A stretch of DNA of 32,000 nucleotides. Source: Candidatus Jordarchaeales archaeon (GTDB taxonomy: Archaea; Asgardarchaeota; Jordiarchaeia; Jordiarchaeales; Freyrarchaeaceae). The stretch spans positions 995,636-1,027,635 of the forward strand of contig JAWAHN010000001.1 in the NCBI GenBank assembly GCA_038889235.1, written 5' to 3'. The stretch's first letter is position 1; each line of letters opens with the position of its first letter. Positions 1 to 8,159 of the stretch are shown here, piece after piece. Under the pieces are notes generated by a model. It did no database searches. It saw nothing but the letters and a program-made list of their open reading frames with translations, and was not told where the DNA came from. The position numbers were made by a program, and so were the translations under genes.

Positions 1-2
1 TA

Positions 3-287
3 CCCACCCCGGTTCATCTGTTTGTTTTTCTTCATAATTTGTCGTATGTATTCTCCCAAATGGTTGACTTCAATTACTTTTTTGTTGGGTCCACGCTCAT
101 AGGTTGGGTCATTATTGCACTAGGACACTTTTCAAGCGACATAGCATGGTATACCTCAGTTTCCGTGGTTGCAGCAAAAAGTGTCCGTTTCCTAAGCACC
201 AAGTTATACCAGAAAATTACACTTCTATGCGGTCTAAGTCTCCTCCTTTTTGGATTACTATTCCTCACTTCATCGTTCCTCTTTTAA
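3..287 (+). CDS. C-terminal part of a LysE/RhtB-like membrane transporter; frame is open to the left window edge
   Basis: The frame contains VGSTLIGWVIIALGHFSSDIAWYTSVSVVAAKSVRFLSTKLYQKI followed by a hydrophobic helix, resembling LysE-family C-termini (GHF-x-SD-x-xWY). No stop occurs upstream of the ORF-track start. Confidence 0.5.
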   Translation, partial: PTPVHLFVFLHNLSYVFSQMVDFNYFFVGSTLIGWVIIALGHFSSDIAWYTSVSVVAAKSVRFLSTKLYQKITLLCGLSLLLFGLLFLTSSFLF

Positions 288-451
288 CACCAAAAGTAGT
301 TTAACACTTTAGAGCTGCCGCCCCTGTTTTCGTCGCTTCCTTTTACTCCAGCTTTATGGGCTTAACATATTTAAAACCTTTCAGTTATTTTCCTTCAGTG
401 AAGTCGCAAATATGAAGATTAATTGAAGAAAGAAAAAGGAGGTTTTAGTAT

Positions 452-1044
452 ATGTCGAAAGAACTTATCTACAAAGTAATTCTCGCAGGGGACGGAGACG
501 GGCTGGTGTATTCCTCTAACTGAGACACCAACCCGCCGGAACTGTAGGAAAGACCAGTCTAATCTCTCAGTACATTAGTGGAAAATTCCAAGTCGAGTAC
601 AAGAAGACTATACATGGGTAGAATTACTACCCGTGGGTTAAAGGCATCGATATATTCTCGAAAATACTTAAGGTAGGTGACTCTGCAGTTAAACTAGTAA
701 TTTGGGACCTTGGAGGGCAACCTCACTTTAAACATGTCCGAAGTAGTTTCTATCAGGGCGCTATGGGCGCCATGCTTGTTTACGACATAACGCGCCGCTC
801 CACGTTCGAAAATTTAGAAAACTGGAGGAAAGAAATGCTGAAAAACACGAAAGAAGAACCAGTCACTATAGTTATAGGGAACAAAGTTGATCTTGCGCAC
901 TTGCGCGAAGTAAGAACAGAGGATGGAAAAAAATATGCCAAAGAGATAAACGCTCCTTTTTTTGAAACATCCGCAAAGGACGGCAAGAACGTTGAGGCCG
1001 CCTTTGAGACGTTAGTCAAAATGATCTTAGAAAGGAAAAAATGA
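452..1044 (+). CDS. Ras/Rab-like small GTPase, intron-interrupted: join(452..497,542..611,642..1044), 172 aa
   Basis: SD-like aaaaggaggt precedes ATG 452. The joined translation is MSKELIYKVILAGDGAVGKTSLISQYISGKFQVEYKKTIGIDIFSKILKVGDSAVKLVIWDLGGQPHFKHVRSSFYQGAMGAMLVYDITRRSTFENLENWRKEMLKNTKEEPVTIVIGNKVDLAHLREVRTEDGKKYAKEINAPFFETSAKDGKNVEAAFETLVKMILERKK. It has P-loop GDGAVGKT, WDLGG, NKVD and ETSAK motifs. The exons total 519 nt (173 codons). Confidence 0.88.
498..541 (+). other. Predicted BHB-type intron 1 (44 nt) in the P-loop codons of the small GTPase mRNA
   Basis: Hairpin CGGGCUGGUGU/ACACCAACCCG (499-509/525-535) has one mismatch. Helix CGG/CCG (493-495/536-538) is followed by 5' bulge AG|A (496-498), with 3' cut AA|C (540-542). 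Removal gives GGA GCT GTA GGA AAG ACC = GAVGKT. The 44-nt length breaks frame and contains an in-frame TGA. The central helix has 3 bp plus a mismatch. Confidence 0.8.
612..641 (+). other. Predicted BHB-type intron 2 (30 nt) in the switch-I codons of the small GTPase mRNA
   Basis: Hairpin CAUGGGUAG AAUUA CUACCCGUG (613-635). Four-bp helix GACU/GGUU (606-609/636-639). 5' bulge AU|A (610-612) and 3' bulge AA|A (640-642). Contains in-frame TAG at 619. Removal gives KKTI-GIDIF. Confidence 0.8.
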
Positions 1045-1183
1045 TATATTTTGTCTTTTTCCTATATCACAGAAGATAGGTTTACACAGTCTTCCTTATC
1101 GTCTTTAGGAGAACGCTTAAAAATTGGTTACCTTACGTATTCTTGTAAACGCCCGCCAGCTAGCGACTCTTGGAGGCTTTTAG

Positions 1184-2128
1184 TTGGGGCGAACTGTTGT
1201 AGTATTGGATCCAATACATGCCAGCGGAATCGAACTGATACAGAAAGCAGGGTTTAACGTTATCGAGGCTTACGACTCTCCACCAAATGCTGTAGAAGAA
1301 TTTATCAAAAACGCTGACGTCGTTATAGTTAGAAGTAGAACTAAGGTTACTCGTTCTCTAATAGAGAAAGCACCACATTTAAAATTAATAGCGCGATGTG
1401 GAGTAGGCCTTGATAACATTGACTTAAAGGCCGCCGAGGAACGCGGAATATGTGTAATTAATTCCCCTGAATCATCCGCCGTTTCTGTCGCAGAGTTGAC
1501 TATAGGCCTCATATTATCTCTTCTCAGAATGATCCCCCTTGCAGATCGTTCCATGAAAGACGGAAAGTGGCTTAAAAAAGAACTTGAGGGCACCCAATTT
1601 TATGGAAAAACATTAGGGATAATAGGGTTTGGAAGAATAGGGCAAGCTGTCGCAGAACGCGCGTTAGCTTTCGGAGCAAAAATTATTGCGTATGATGTCG
1701 ATGAAAGCAAGGCATCCATCGCTAAAAAGATGGGCATTACTTTTGTCTCCGGTCCAGGATCCTTAGAATTTTTACTGAGAAATTCCGACATAGTATCCTT
1801 GCATGTTCCATTGAGTGAAGAAACTCGTAAACTAATAGGTCCGCGGGAGCTGGAATTAATGAAGCCAGGCTCTTATCTGGTTAACACAGCGCGTGGAGGA
1901 CTTATCGACGAAGAAGCACTCTACCAAGCGTTAAAGAGTGGGAAACTTGCAGGAGCAGCGTTAGATGTTTTCAGTGAAGAACCACCGAAAAATAAGGACC
2001 TCATTTCCCTACCTAACGTGATCTGCACTCCCCACATAGGGGCTTCTACCTACGAGTGCCAGCTGGCGAACGCTGTTGAAATAGCCCAAAAAATCGTCGA
2101 TTTTTTCAAAAGTGAGCGGAACGCATAA
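1184..2128 (+). CDS. serA: D-3-phosphoglycerate dehydrogenase / 2-hydroxyacid dehydrogenase family protein
   Basis: Contains the Rossmann motif GIIGFGRIGQAVAERA, NTARGGLIDEEAL, ALDVFSEEPP and PHIGAST. TTG start has ggagg upstream. Confidence 0.85.
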   Translation: MGRTVVVLDPIHASGIELIQKAGFNVIEAYDSPPNAVEEFIKNADVVIVRSRTKVTRSLIEKAPHLKLIARCGVGLDNIDLKAAEERGICVINSPESSAVSVAELTIGLILSLLRMIPLADRSMKDGKWLKKELEGTQFYGKTLGIIGFGRIGQAVAERALAFGAKIIAYDVDESKASIAKKMGITFVSGPGSLEFLLRNSDIVSLHVPLSEETRKLIGPRELELMKPGSYLVNTARGGLIDEEALYQALKSGKLAGAALDVFSEEPPKNKDLISLPNVICTPHIGASTYECQLANAVEIAQKIVDFFKSERNA

Positions 2129-2142
2129 ACGCCTTTAGGTTA

Positions 2143-2625
2143 TCAGGAAAGTCTTTCTAGGATTACATGTGCCTCCGTTGACAAAACGCCCTCTATCTGA
2201 GATATTTTCTTCAAGAAACTGTTAAGTTTGTTCCTGTTGACTTCCGCAATTAAATCAATCTCTCCTGTTACTCTGAAAATTCGCGTTGCACCTGCTTCTG
2301 CAATCTTCTTGTAAGCGTTTTCTCTCTCATGCGGGTTAACTTTTATCAGAACAAAGGCTGAGATATCCGCTTCACCCAAAGCACTTAGCCCCTTTTCTGT
2401 CACGTCTATAAATCCTCTCCCCGTCCTTATGTATCCTTTTTCCCTCAATTTCTTTAAATGGGCATTTAATGCCTGTCTGGTAATTCCAAGCTCTCTAGAA
2501 ATTTCAGTTTGAGACTTATATGTAGTACAGACCGAAATTGGTTTTCCATCGAAAACAAGCTTCTTCAGTATCTGAATTTGTTTATCAGTAAGTCCCTCCC
2601 CTTCCTTCATTAGGGGTTCCTCCAA
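2143..2625 (-). CDS. Transcriptional regulator, winged HTH plus Lrp/AsnC-like ligand-binding domain
   Basis: HTH SQTEISRELGITRQALNAHLKKLREKGYI followed by a RAM-like AFVLIKVNPHERENAYKKI...GEIDLIAEV domain. Confidence 0.7.
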   Translation of the reverse strand: MEEPLMKEGEGLTDKQIQILKKLVFDGKPISVCTTYKSQTEISRELGITRQALNAHLKKLREKGYIRTGRGFIDVTEKGLSALGEADISAFVLIKVNPHERENAYKKIAEAGATRIFRVTGEIDLIAEVNRNKLNSFLKKISQIEGVLSTEAHVILERLS

Positions 2626-2723
2626 GAAACATTTTTTATGACCCGAGTGATTTTAATTTTGTTATGGAGCACAAAATTATTATTTTTCCGTTTTTGAACT
2701 GAGGATAAGGAGAGCGATAAATT

Positions 2724-3371
2724 TTGCATGTAGAGCGTGTTCGCATCCCCTCTGGAACTATTACATTAGAAGGTGAAATAGGAAAACCAGAAAAATTTAA
2801 CGGAAAAATTGCGGCTGTTATATGCCACCCCCACCCGTTGTTTGGGGGGACTATGCATAACAACGTAGTAAGCGCCTTATTCTACACTTTACCCGAAAAT
2901 GGAATAGTAGCCTTGCGTTTTAACTTCAGGGGAGTAGACGGGTCCCAAGGAGAATACGAAAACGGAATAGGTGAAAAAGAAGATGTTAATTCAGCAATAA
3001 ACTACCTCATTAAAGAACTATCTCCACGATTGAAGGAAGTAGCCGTAATAGGATACTCATTTGGAGCATGGGTTGGTTTATCGGCTGCCGTTGAAAATAA
3101 ACTAGCAAAAATCATGATTGCAATAGCTCCACCTGTAAAACTGTTCAATTTTGATTACATTAAAAACGTAAAAAAACCCAAGTTTTTCATACTAGGCGAT
3201 CTGGACGACTTTGCCCCACTAGAAGACTTCCTGACGTTTTACGAAAAAGTATCTCCTCCTAAAAATTACGCAATATTGCAAGGAGCGGATCACTTTTTCT
3301 ACGGTTACGAGTTAGAACTAGCAACTATTGTAACTAACTTATTGAAAACGGGCGTTAATAAAAAGAAATAA
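2724..3371 (+). CDS. Alpha/beta hydrolase family protein
   Basis: ICHPHPLFGGTMHNNVV, FNFRGVDGSQGEYENG, nucleophile elbow GYSFGAW and the GADHFFYG histidine motif. Confidence 0.8.
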   Translation: MHVERVRIPSGTITLEGEIGKPEKFNGKIAAVICHPHPLFGGTMHNNVVSALFYTLPENGIVALRFNFRGVDGSQGEYENGIGEKEDVNSAINYLIKELSPRLKEVAVIGYSFGAWVGLSAAVENKLAKIMIAIAPPVKLFNFDYIKNVKKPKFFILGDLDDFAPLEDFLTFYEKVSPPKNYAILQGADHFFYGYELELATIVTNLLKTGVNKKK

Positions 3372-3401
3372 AAAGAATTAGAGACAAATCACACCTTTCC
3401 C

Positions 3402-3824
3402 CTACTTTTTAGCCTTCTTTCCCTCTTCCTTTTGCTCCCCTGTCTCTTTCTTCTCTTCTTCAGCTTCAAGCTCTTCTAGAGGAACCGGCGGCGGCGTCGT
3501 CAACATAGTCCAACCTATCCATGCAGCTATACCGAGTATCGCTGTTATTGCCAGCCAAATGGGAACACCCACAGCCAGAAACTTTGGCGGAGTGGGAATC
3601 CACTGAAGTATCGCTGGTGCAGTGAGCGAGTAGATTAAGCTTTCAATGGCGTGCGAACCTAGGTAAATTACTAAGATGTTGTTCGACAAAAGTAGTGGAA
3701 TCACGCTAGACTCTACCTGTGACCCAATCCAACAAGCATAGTATAATGCCCAGTATGTGTACCAGACTATCAGTATCACTGAAACTATTAGAATTATCCC
3801 TCCATAAACCTTGTCCTTTGACAT
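3402..3824 (-). CDS. Membrane protein with several predicted TM helices and a charged Glu/Lys-rich C-terminus
   Basis: Hydrophobic segments (IILIVSVILIVWYTYWALYYACW, LAVGVPIWLAITAILGIAAWIGW) with tail EELEAEEEKKETGEQKEEGKKAKK. Confidence 0.55.
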   Translation of the reverse strand: MSKDKVYGGIILIVSVILIVWYTYWALYYACWIGSQVESSVIPLLLSNNILVIYLGSHAIESLIYSLTAPAILQWIPTPPKFLAVGVPIWLAITAILGIAAWIGWTMLTTPPPVPLEELEAEEEKKETGEQKEEGKKAKK

Positions 3825-3909
3825 TTACATCTCTCCTCTTGCTTTTGTCTCTAACTTGTACATCTCTTTTATTAGTTTTTTGGGTTTAAAGCTCCAGCCC
3901 CTCCTTGCT

Positions 3910-4467
3910 TCAAAATAAAAATCTATCATCCCCCACTTTAGGAAGCGGGGGAAGTTCACCCTCCTTAGGAATTATTATTTTTTCACCTTTCGCACCCACC
4001 GCTCTTGCTTTACCCTCAAGCGCCATCGCAGCCGTCAGGGCGCACACTACAGCATCCGTCTCGTGCTTGTTTCGGGGTTTGTTCAAGAAAATAACAAATT
4101 TTTCTAGATCTTCCTCCTTCACCTTCAAAATCTTGTAAAACGCGCCGGGGAAAACTTCTATAACATTTCCTAATCTAGCTTTTAATCGCATAGCTCTAAA
4201 AACAAGCTCTGAGATAAAATTAGGTGGAAAAACACGTATACCCATACGTATTAACTCTTTATCAGCTTCCCTATAACCTTGCCGAAAGGTTAACGGTGCA
4301 TCTATCGCTATTAGCTGAGGACAGACACGTAAACAAGCACTTATTATTTCAAGGTCTGTGTATACACTAAAAACTCTAACAAACCCGTCACTCCATACGG
4401 CAAAACCACTAGGATTCAAAGGTTTAGCAGCAAGATCTATCCCCACGGTCACTACCAAAGTCTTCAC
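3910..4467 (-). CDS. DUF429-like protein (predicted RNase H-like nuclease fold)
   Basis: N-terminal VGIDLAAKPLNPSGFAVW, AIDAPLTF, and KHETDAVVCALTAAM near the C-terminus. Confidence 0.65.
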   Translation of the reverse strand: MKTLVVTVGIDLAAKPLNPSGFAVWSDGFVRVFSVYTDLEIISACLRVCPQLIAIDAPLTFRQGYREADKELIRMGIRVFPPNFISELVFRAMRLKARLGNVIEVFPGAFYKILKVKEEDLEKFVIFLNKPRNKHETDAVVCALTAAMALEGKARAVGAKGEKIIIPKEGELPPLPKVGDDRFLF

Positions 4468-4497
4468 CTATAAGAAAAGAAACGAGTTGCAATCAGT

Positions 4498-4665
4498 TTA
4501 AAGCCGTCCCTGCTGACCAACAGGTTTACCTAAAATAACCCTCCGCACATAGTTCTTTCTATTCCTAACTCTCGGAATAACGGGCGGCCTTTCTTTCCTA
4601 GGAACCTTCGGCGTCTGGTTTCTAACCTTTCCCGCTTTAGTTAAGCTTCCATGTGACCCAGGCAC
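4498..4665 (-). CDS. Small ribosomal subunit protein eS30 (S30e), 55 aa, GTG start; absent from the ORF track
   Basis: Translation [55 protein letters not shown] matches the S30e pattern ([17 protein letters not shown]...PR-RNR-xY-x-R). Confidence 0.9.
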   Translation of the reverse strand: MPGSHGSLTKAGKVRNQTPKVPRKERPPVIPRVRNRKNYVRRVILGKPVGQQGRL

Positions 4666-4804
4666 CTATCTTCCACCCCTTTCCCGTTTTTCATCCTAAT
4701 TTTCCCAGGAAACTAATTAAATATTTTTCTACAATCTTGTTGCATTTTTCTTTCGAGAAATATCGATAAATGCAGATGAAAGAATAAATAAAAACAAATG
4801 AGTG

Positions 4805-6208
4805 CTATTTCTTCTTTATTTTCCTCGCTATAACTTCAGCAACTAATGTTATTTCACTCCATGTTGGGCAGCTTATCGGCGCATAGCACGTCTCAAGCCA
4901 CTCTAACTGTTCTACATTCATGTTTGCTTGCATAGCTGCAGCTATTATGTTTATCTTCTGGTGTATGTCTTCGTATCCGACAATTTGTGCTCCAAGTATT
5001 CTGCCTTTTTCATCCGCCATCATTTTTATCTTTAACGGCTTCCCGCCGGGCATGTATTCTGGCTTGCTCGAATACGTCATTTTGCCTACTATTGGTTTTA
5101 GTCCTGCTTTTTCCAAAGTCTCTGTAAGAGGCCCTACAGCCGCCACTTCTACCCCAAAAACTTTCGTTATCCTTGTAAGCAAGATTCCTTTAGGCATCTC
5201 GGCATCTCCGCCAGCAGCGTTTATTCCGGCGACTTTGCCTTGCCTAACTGCTATGGTGCCCATTCCTACTGCTATCGGTTGACCAGTTACAAAGTCGACA
5301 TACTCTGTACAGTCTCCGGCGGCATATATTCCTTCGACGTTAGTTCGTGCACGTGAGTCGACTTTTATGTATTTCGTGCTTCCCAGCGCCACTCCAGCTT
5401 TAACTGCTAACTCCGTGTTAGGTCTTACTCCTGCAGACACTACGACGAAGTCTGTGGGTATTACTTCCTCCTCTCCGGTCGTCCTATCCTTTAAAACGGC
5501 TTTTTCGGCTTTATCTTCTCCTATTAGTTCTGTTACGGCAGTATTTGTGTATATCTTTACCCCGTGCTCTTTAAGAGCGTTCTCCACCATGTCTGACATA
5601 TCGGCGTCTACCATTAATGGGAGGACACTAGGAAGGAATTCCACGAGAGTTACGTCCACTCCGAGCTCAACTAAGGCCTCTGTTGTTTCTACACCTATAA
5701 GTCCTGCACCTATAACAACACACTTTTTCCCTTTTTTTGCCGCCTCATGGATGGCCATGGCGTCATCTATAGTTCTCAGAGAGTAAACGTTCTTTTTTCC
5801 TTCTATCCCCTTTATAGGCGGAAAAGCAGGCCTCGACCCGGTAGCTATCACCAGAGCATCATACTCTAATTTTTTCTCTTCCTTGCTTCGTAAGTCTTTG
5901 ACTGTTACTGTTCTATTGGAAACGTCTATGTCTGTGGCTTCTGTCTCTAAAAGCAGGTTCATCTTCCCAAAACTTGAATACCATCCTGCGTCATGAGTTA
6001 TTAAGTTCGTGAACTCTGGAATATATTTCGAAATGGTGTATGGAAGACCGCACCGGGAGTATTCTGGGTATTTTTCTTTGGTTACTAATGTTATTTCCGC
6101 CTTCCTGTCAGTTTTTCTCGCCCATATGCCTGCCGTAGTTCCAGCTGCTCCCGCTCCAATAATAACTATTTTCGTCAATCTTCGTTTCCTCCCAATTTTT
6201 AAATTCAA
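4805..6208 (-). CDS. FAD-dependent pyridine nucleotide-disulfide oxidoreductase (CoA-disulfide reductase/NADH oxidase family)
   Basis: GAGAAGTTAG FAD-binding motif, redox EYSRCGLPY, VVIGAGLIGVE, and GIYAAGDCTEYVD. Confidence 0.85.
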   Translation of the reverse strand: MNLKIGRKRRLTKIVIIGAGAAGTTAGIWARKTDRKAEITLVTKEKYPEYSRCGLPYTISKYIPEFTNLITHDAGWYSSFGKMNLLLETEATDIDVSNRTVTVKDLRSKEEKKLEYDALVIATGSRPAFPPIKGIEGKKNVYSLRTIDDAMAIHEAAKKGKKCVVIGAGLIGVETTEALVELGVDVTLVEFLPSVLPLMVDADMSDMVENALKEHGVKIYTNTAVTELIGEDKAEKAVLKDRTTGEEEVIPTDFVVVSAGVRPNTELAVKAGVALGSTKYIKVDSRARTNVEGIYAAGDCTEYVDFVTGQPIAVGMGTIAVRQGKVAGINAAGGDAEMPKGILLTRITKVFGVEVAAVGPLTETLEKAGLKPIVGKMTYSSKPEYMPGGKPLKIKMMADEKGRILGAQIVGYEDIHQKINIIAAAMQANMNVEQLEWLETCYAPISCPTWSEITLVAEVIARKIKKK

Positions 6209-6406
6209 GGTTTCATCGATAGCATTTAACTAAAAAATGTTATGTTTCTCTTTTCCACTCAAGTAGATGGCGAAAAATAGCTAACTTAAATTATCAACTA
6301 TAACTTGCCGAACTTTGTGCAAGTCTTCATACATCAAGGGAAAAATATAATATTGCTGGCTAGTTTTTCATTCATGTTTCCCTTGAGTGGTTGTCTCCCT
6401 ATCAGT

Positions 6407-7612
6407 TTACTTTAGACCTTTAGCTGAAACTATCTTGATTATGTCTCTGTCTTTTAATTCATAATCCTCTGGAAGGCGCTGTTTGGTTCGTGCATCTATG
6501 GCATAAATGAAGGTTTCTCCTAGTTCTGTGTGGATTTTGTAAGCTAACTCTTTCACAGTAGTCCCTTTTGGAACGAGCAACGCGTCTGGAAGAACGTTCC
6601 CTTTATGGTCTGTAAGCTTGTTTACGTCCTCTATAGGGTAAACTGTTATCATCCTGAGTGTTTCGAAAACTGCTTTGTTTAGTGTTTCTTGGACTCCAGT
6701 TGAACCGTAAACGCGGAGTATCTCTTCCCTTATCTTTTCTAATAATTCTTTCTGTTTTTCAGTTATTCTTTCAGAAAGTAGTCTAAAATCACTGTCTCCA
6801 GGAAGATACTCTATTATTTTCTCTTTTACGAGGCGTTTTAAAAAGTACTCTGCAAGTGCACTAGCAGGAACAAAATCTATATTCTGCTTTCTAAGTCTCT
6901 CTACGTTCTTCCTGGCGGTTTTTTTGTCTATCTTGTTTAGGCAGATAACAATAGGTTTTGCCATAACCCTTAATTGGTGAGCGAAAAGGTACAACTCCTC
7001 ATCACTCCATCTACTCGGCTTCGCCGTGTCAAAACCGCTAACTTTAATCGCTGCTTTTATGTGTGATCGTTTTATAGAAAGACCAGCAAGTTTCTCGGTG
7101 AGTACCTCTTCTAGTGGTTTAGCCCCTGACTCAACCTGTTTAACTATTTTTTGCCAGTCCCTCGCAATCACTTGTTTAGTCCACATGTCTATTTCTCTCT
7201 CAAGGAACTCTATGTCTTTAACAGGATCCCATGCTCCCTCCTCCAAAATTCTACCTTCAGCATCGGTACTGCCTGACGCGTCAACCACATGAATTAACAC
7301 ATCAGCCCTTCTAAGTTCGTCGAGGAATTGGTTTCCAAGTCCTCTGCCTTTCCATGCATCTGGAACTAATCCAGCTACATCCAGCAGCTTTACTGGAATG
7401 AAGCGATTGCCTTTTATACAAATGGAGTTCCGAGGGTTATCCTTCACCCCTAACTCTTCGCAAACGCACTTAACTCTAACATGCCCCGTTCCAGGCTGAG
7501 GCTCTATAGTTGTAAAAGGATAATCCGCAACCTTATACTCCGTGCCACTTGCCGCATTAAGAAACGTAGTTTTTCCAGAGTTAGGCTTTCCCACTATACC
7601 TATTAGCATCAC
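6407..7612 (-). CDS. YchF/OBG-related archaeal GTPase with C-terminal TGS domain
   Basis: G1 GKPNSGKTT, G3 DVAG, G4 NKID, and C-terminal TGS-like GNVLPDALLVPKGTTVKELAYKIHTELGETFIYAIDA...LKDRDIIKIVSA. Confidence 0.85.
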   Translation of the reverse strand: MMLIGIVGKPNSGKTTFLNAASGTEYKVADYPFTTIEPQPGTGHVRVKCVCEELGVKDNPRNSICIKGNRFIPVKLLDVAGLVPDAWKGRGLGNQFLDELRRADVLIHVVDASGSTDAEGRILEEGAWDPVKDIEFLEREIDMWTKQVIARDWQKIVKQVESGAKPLEEVLTEKLAGLSIKRSHIKAAIKVSGFDTAKPSRWSDEELYLFAHQLRVMAKPIVICLNKIDKKTARKNVERLRKQNIDFVPASALAEYFLKRLVKEKIIEYLPGDSDFRLLSERITEKQKELLEKIREEILRVYGSTGVQETLNKAVFETLRMITVYPIEDVNKLTDHKGNVLPDALLVPKGTTVKELAYKIHTELGETFIYAIDARTKQRLPEDYELKDRDIIKIVSAKGLK

Positions 7613-7715
7613 TTAACCTCCCCTTTCTCCCTAAAAATTCTCACCGAAGGGCCCAAGGTCACCAGGTTTCTTGGCTGAAAACTCCTTTCTCAAGCCAAGA
7701 TACAGCACTTTCAAT

Positions 7716-8033
7716 CTAGAAATTGTTTCTATACTCTTTTTCGAAGAACCCCCACGAGATTTTACTTCCAAAAGACCGCAACCCTTTTTCCTTCAACTGC
7801 TTAAGTATCTGCGCAGCATATTCTTCGGTGATTTCCCCCCTTTTCCTCAGGTACTCTATGATCTCTAGTGCCTGCTCTTCATTGTCGCATCTTCGTAGCA
7901 GCCTAACGACGTCTATATCCTTTATTTCACAAGTCCTTATACCCCTTATCGGAATCCTTATCCCTTCTGCTTCTTCGAGTTCTTTTGCAAGATGGGGGAA
8001 CTCCTCCCTAAACCTCTTTCTGTCGTACTCCAT
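7716..8033 (-). CDS. Small conserved archaeal protein (resembles DUF2095)
   Basis: ORF with N-terminal DRKRFREEFPHLAKELE...; family assignment is from memory of its pattern. Confidence 0.5.
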   Translation of the reverse strand: MEYDRKRFREEFPHLAKELEEAEGIRIPIRGIRTCEIKDIDVVRLLRRCDNEEQALEIIEYLRKRGEITEEYAAQILKQLKEKGLRSFGSKISWGFFEKEYRNNF

Positions 8034-8159
8034 TAGTCGACGCCTCTATCATTTCTTACTAATATTCTGGTTTTTCGAACTTAAAATAATTAGGTTTTAG
8101 AATACAATTTTTTCAAATATTAGCACAAAACTTAATATTATAATTCAATAATTTATTTT

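Noticed and set aside
494-540. Translational bypassing (T4 gene 60 style) with GGA take-off and GGA landing codons around the 44-nt element
   Set aside because: It would fit the first element but not the second, which lacks matched take-off and landing codons (ATA versus AAA). It also cannot explain the same type of inserts in the tRNA gene. BHB splicing explains most of them.
619-621. In-frame TAG inside the second element as a possible pyrrolysine codon
   Set aside because: The element would insert HGxNYYPWVK into switch I, which is implausible for a GTPase, and it forms a hairpin with BHB-like junctions.
452-762. Small GTPase read as a decaying pseudogene or as sequencing errors
   Set aside because: Apart from two discrete hairpin elements the exons are clean and keep every GTPase motif, and the predicted BHB cuts restore the frame exactly. 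A decayed gene would show scattered lesions.
1051-1257. 68-aa plus-strand ORF
   Set aside because: It overlaps the start of the serA-like gene in another frame and has no family-like features.
3943-3964. Hairpin CCCCCACTTTAGGAAGCGGGGG considered as a terminator or IS end
   Set aside because: It lies within the last codons of the DUF429-like gene (ELPPLPKVGDD). There is only one copy and no transposase nearby.
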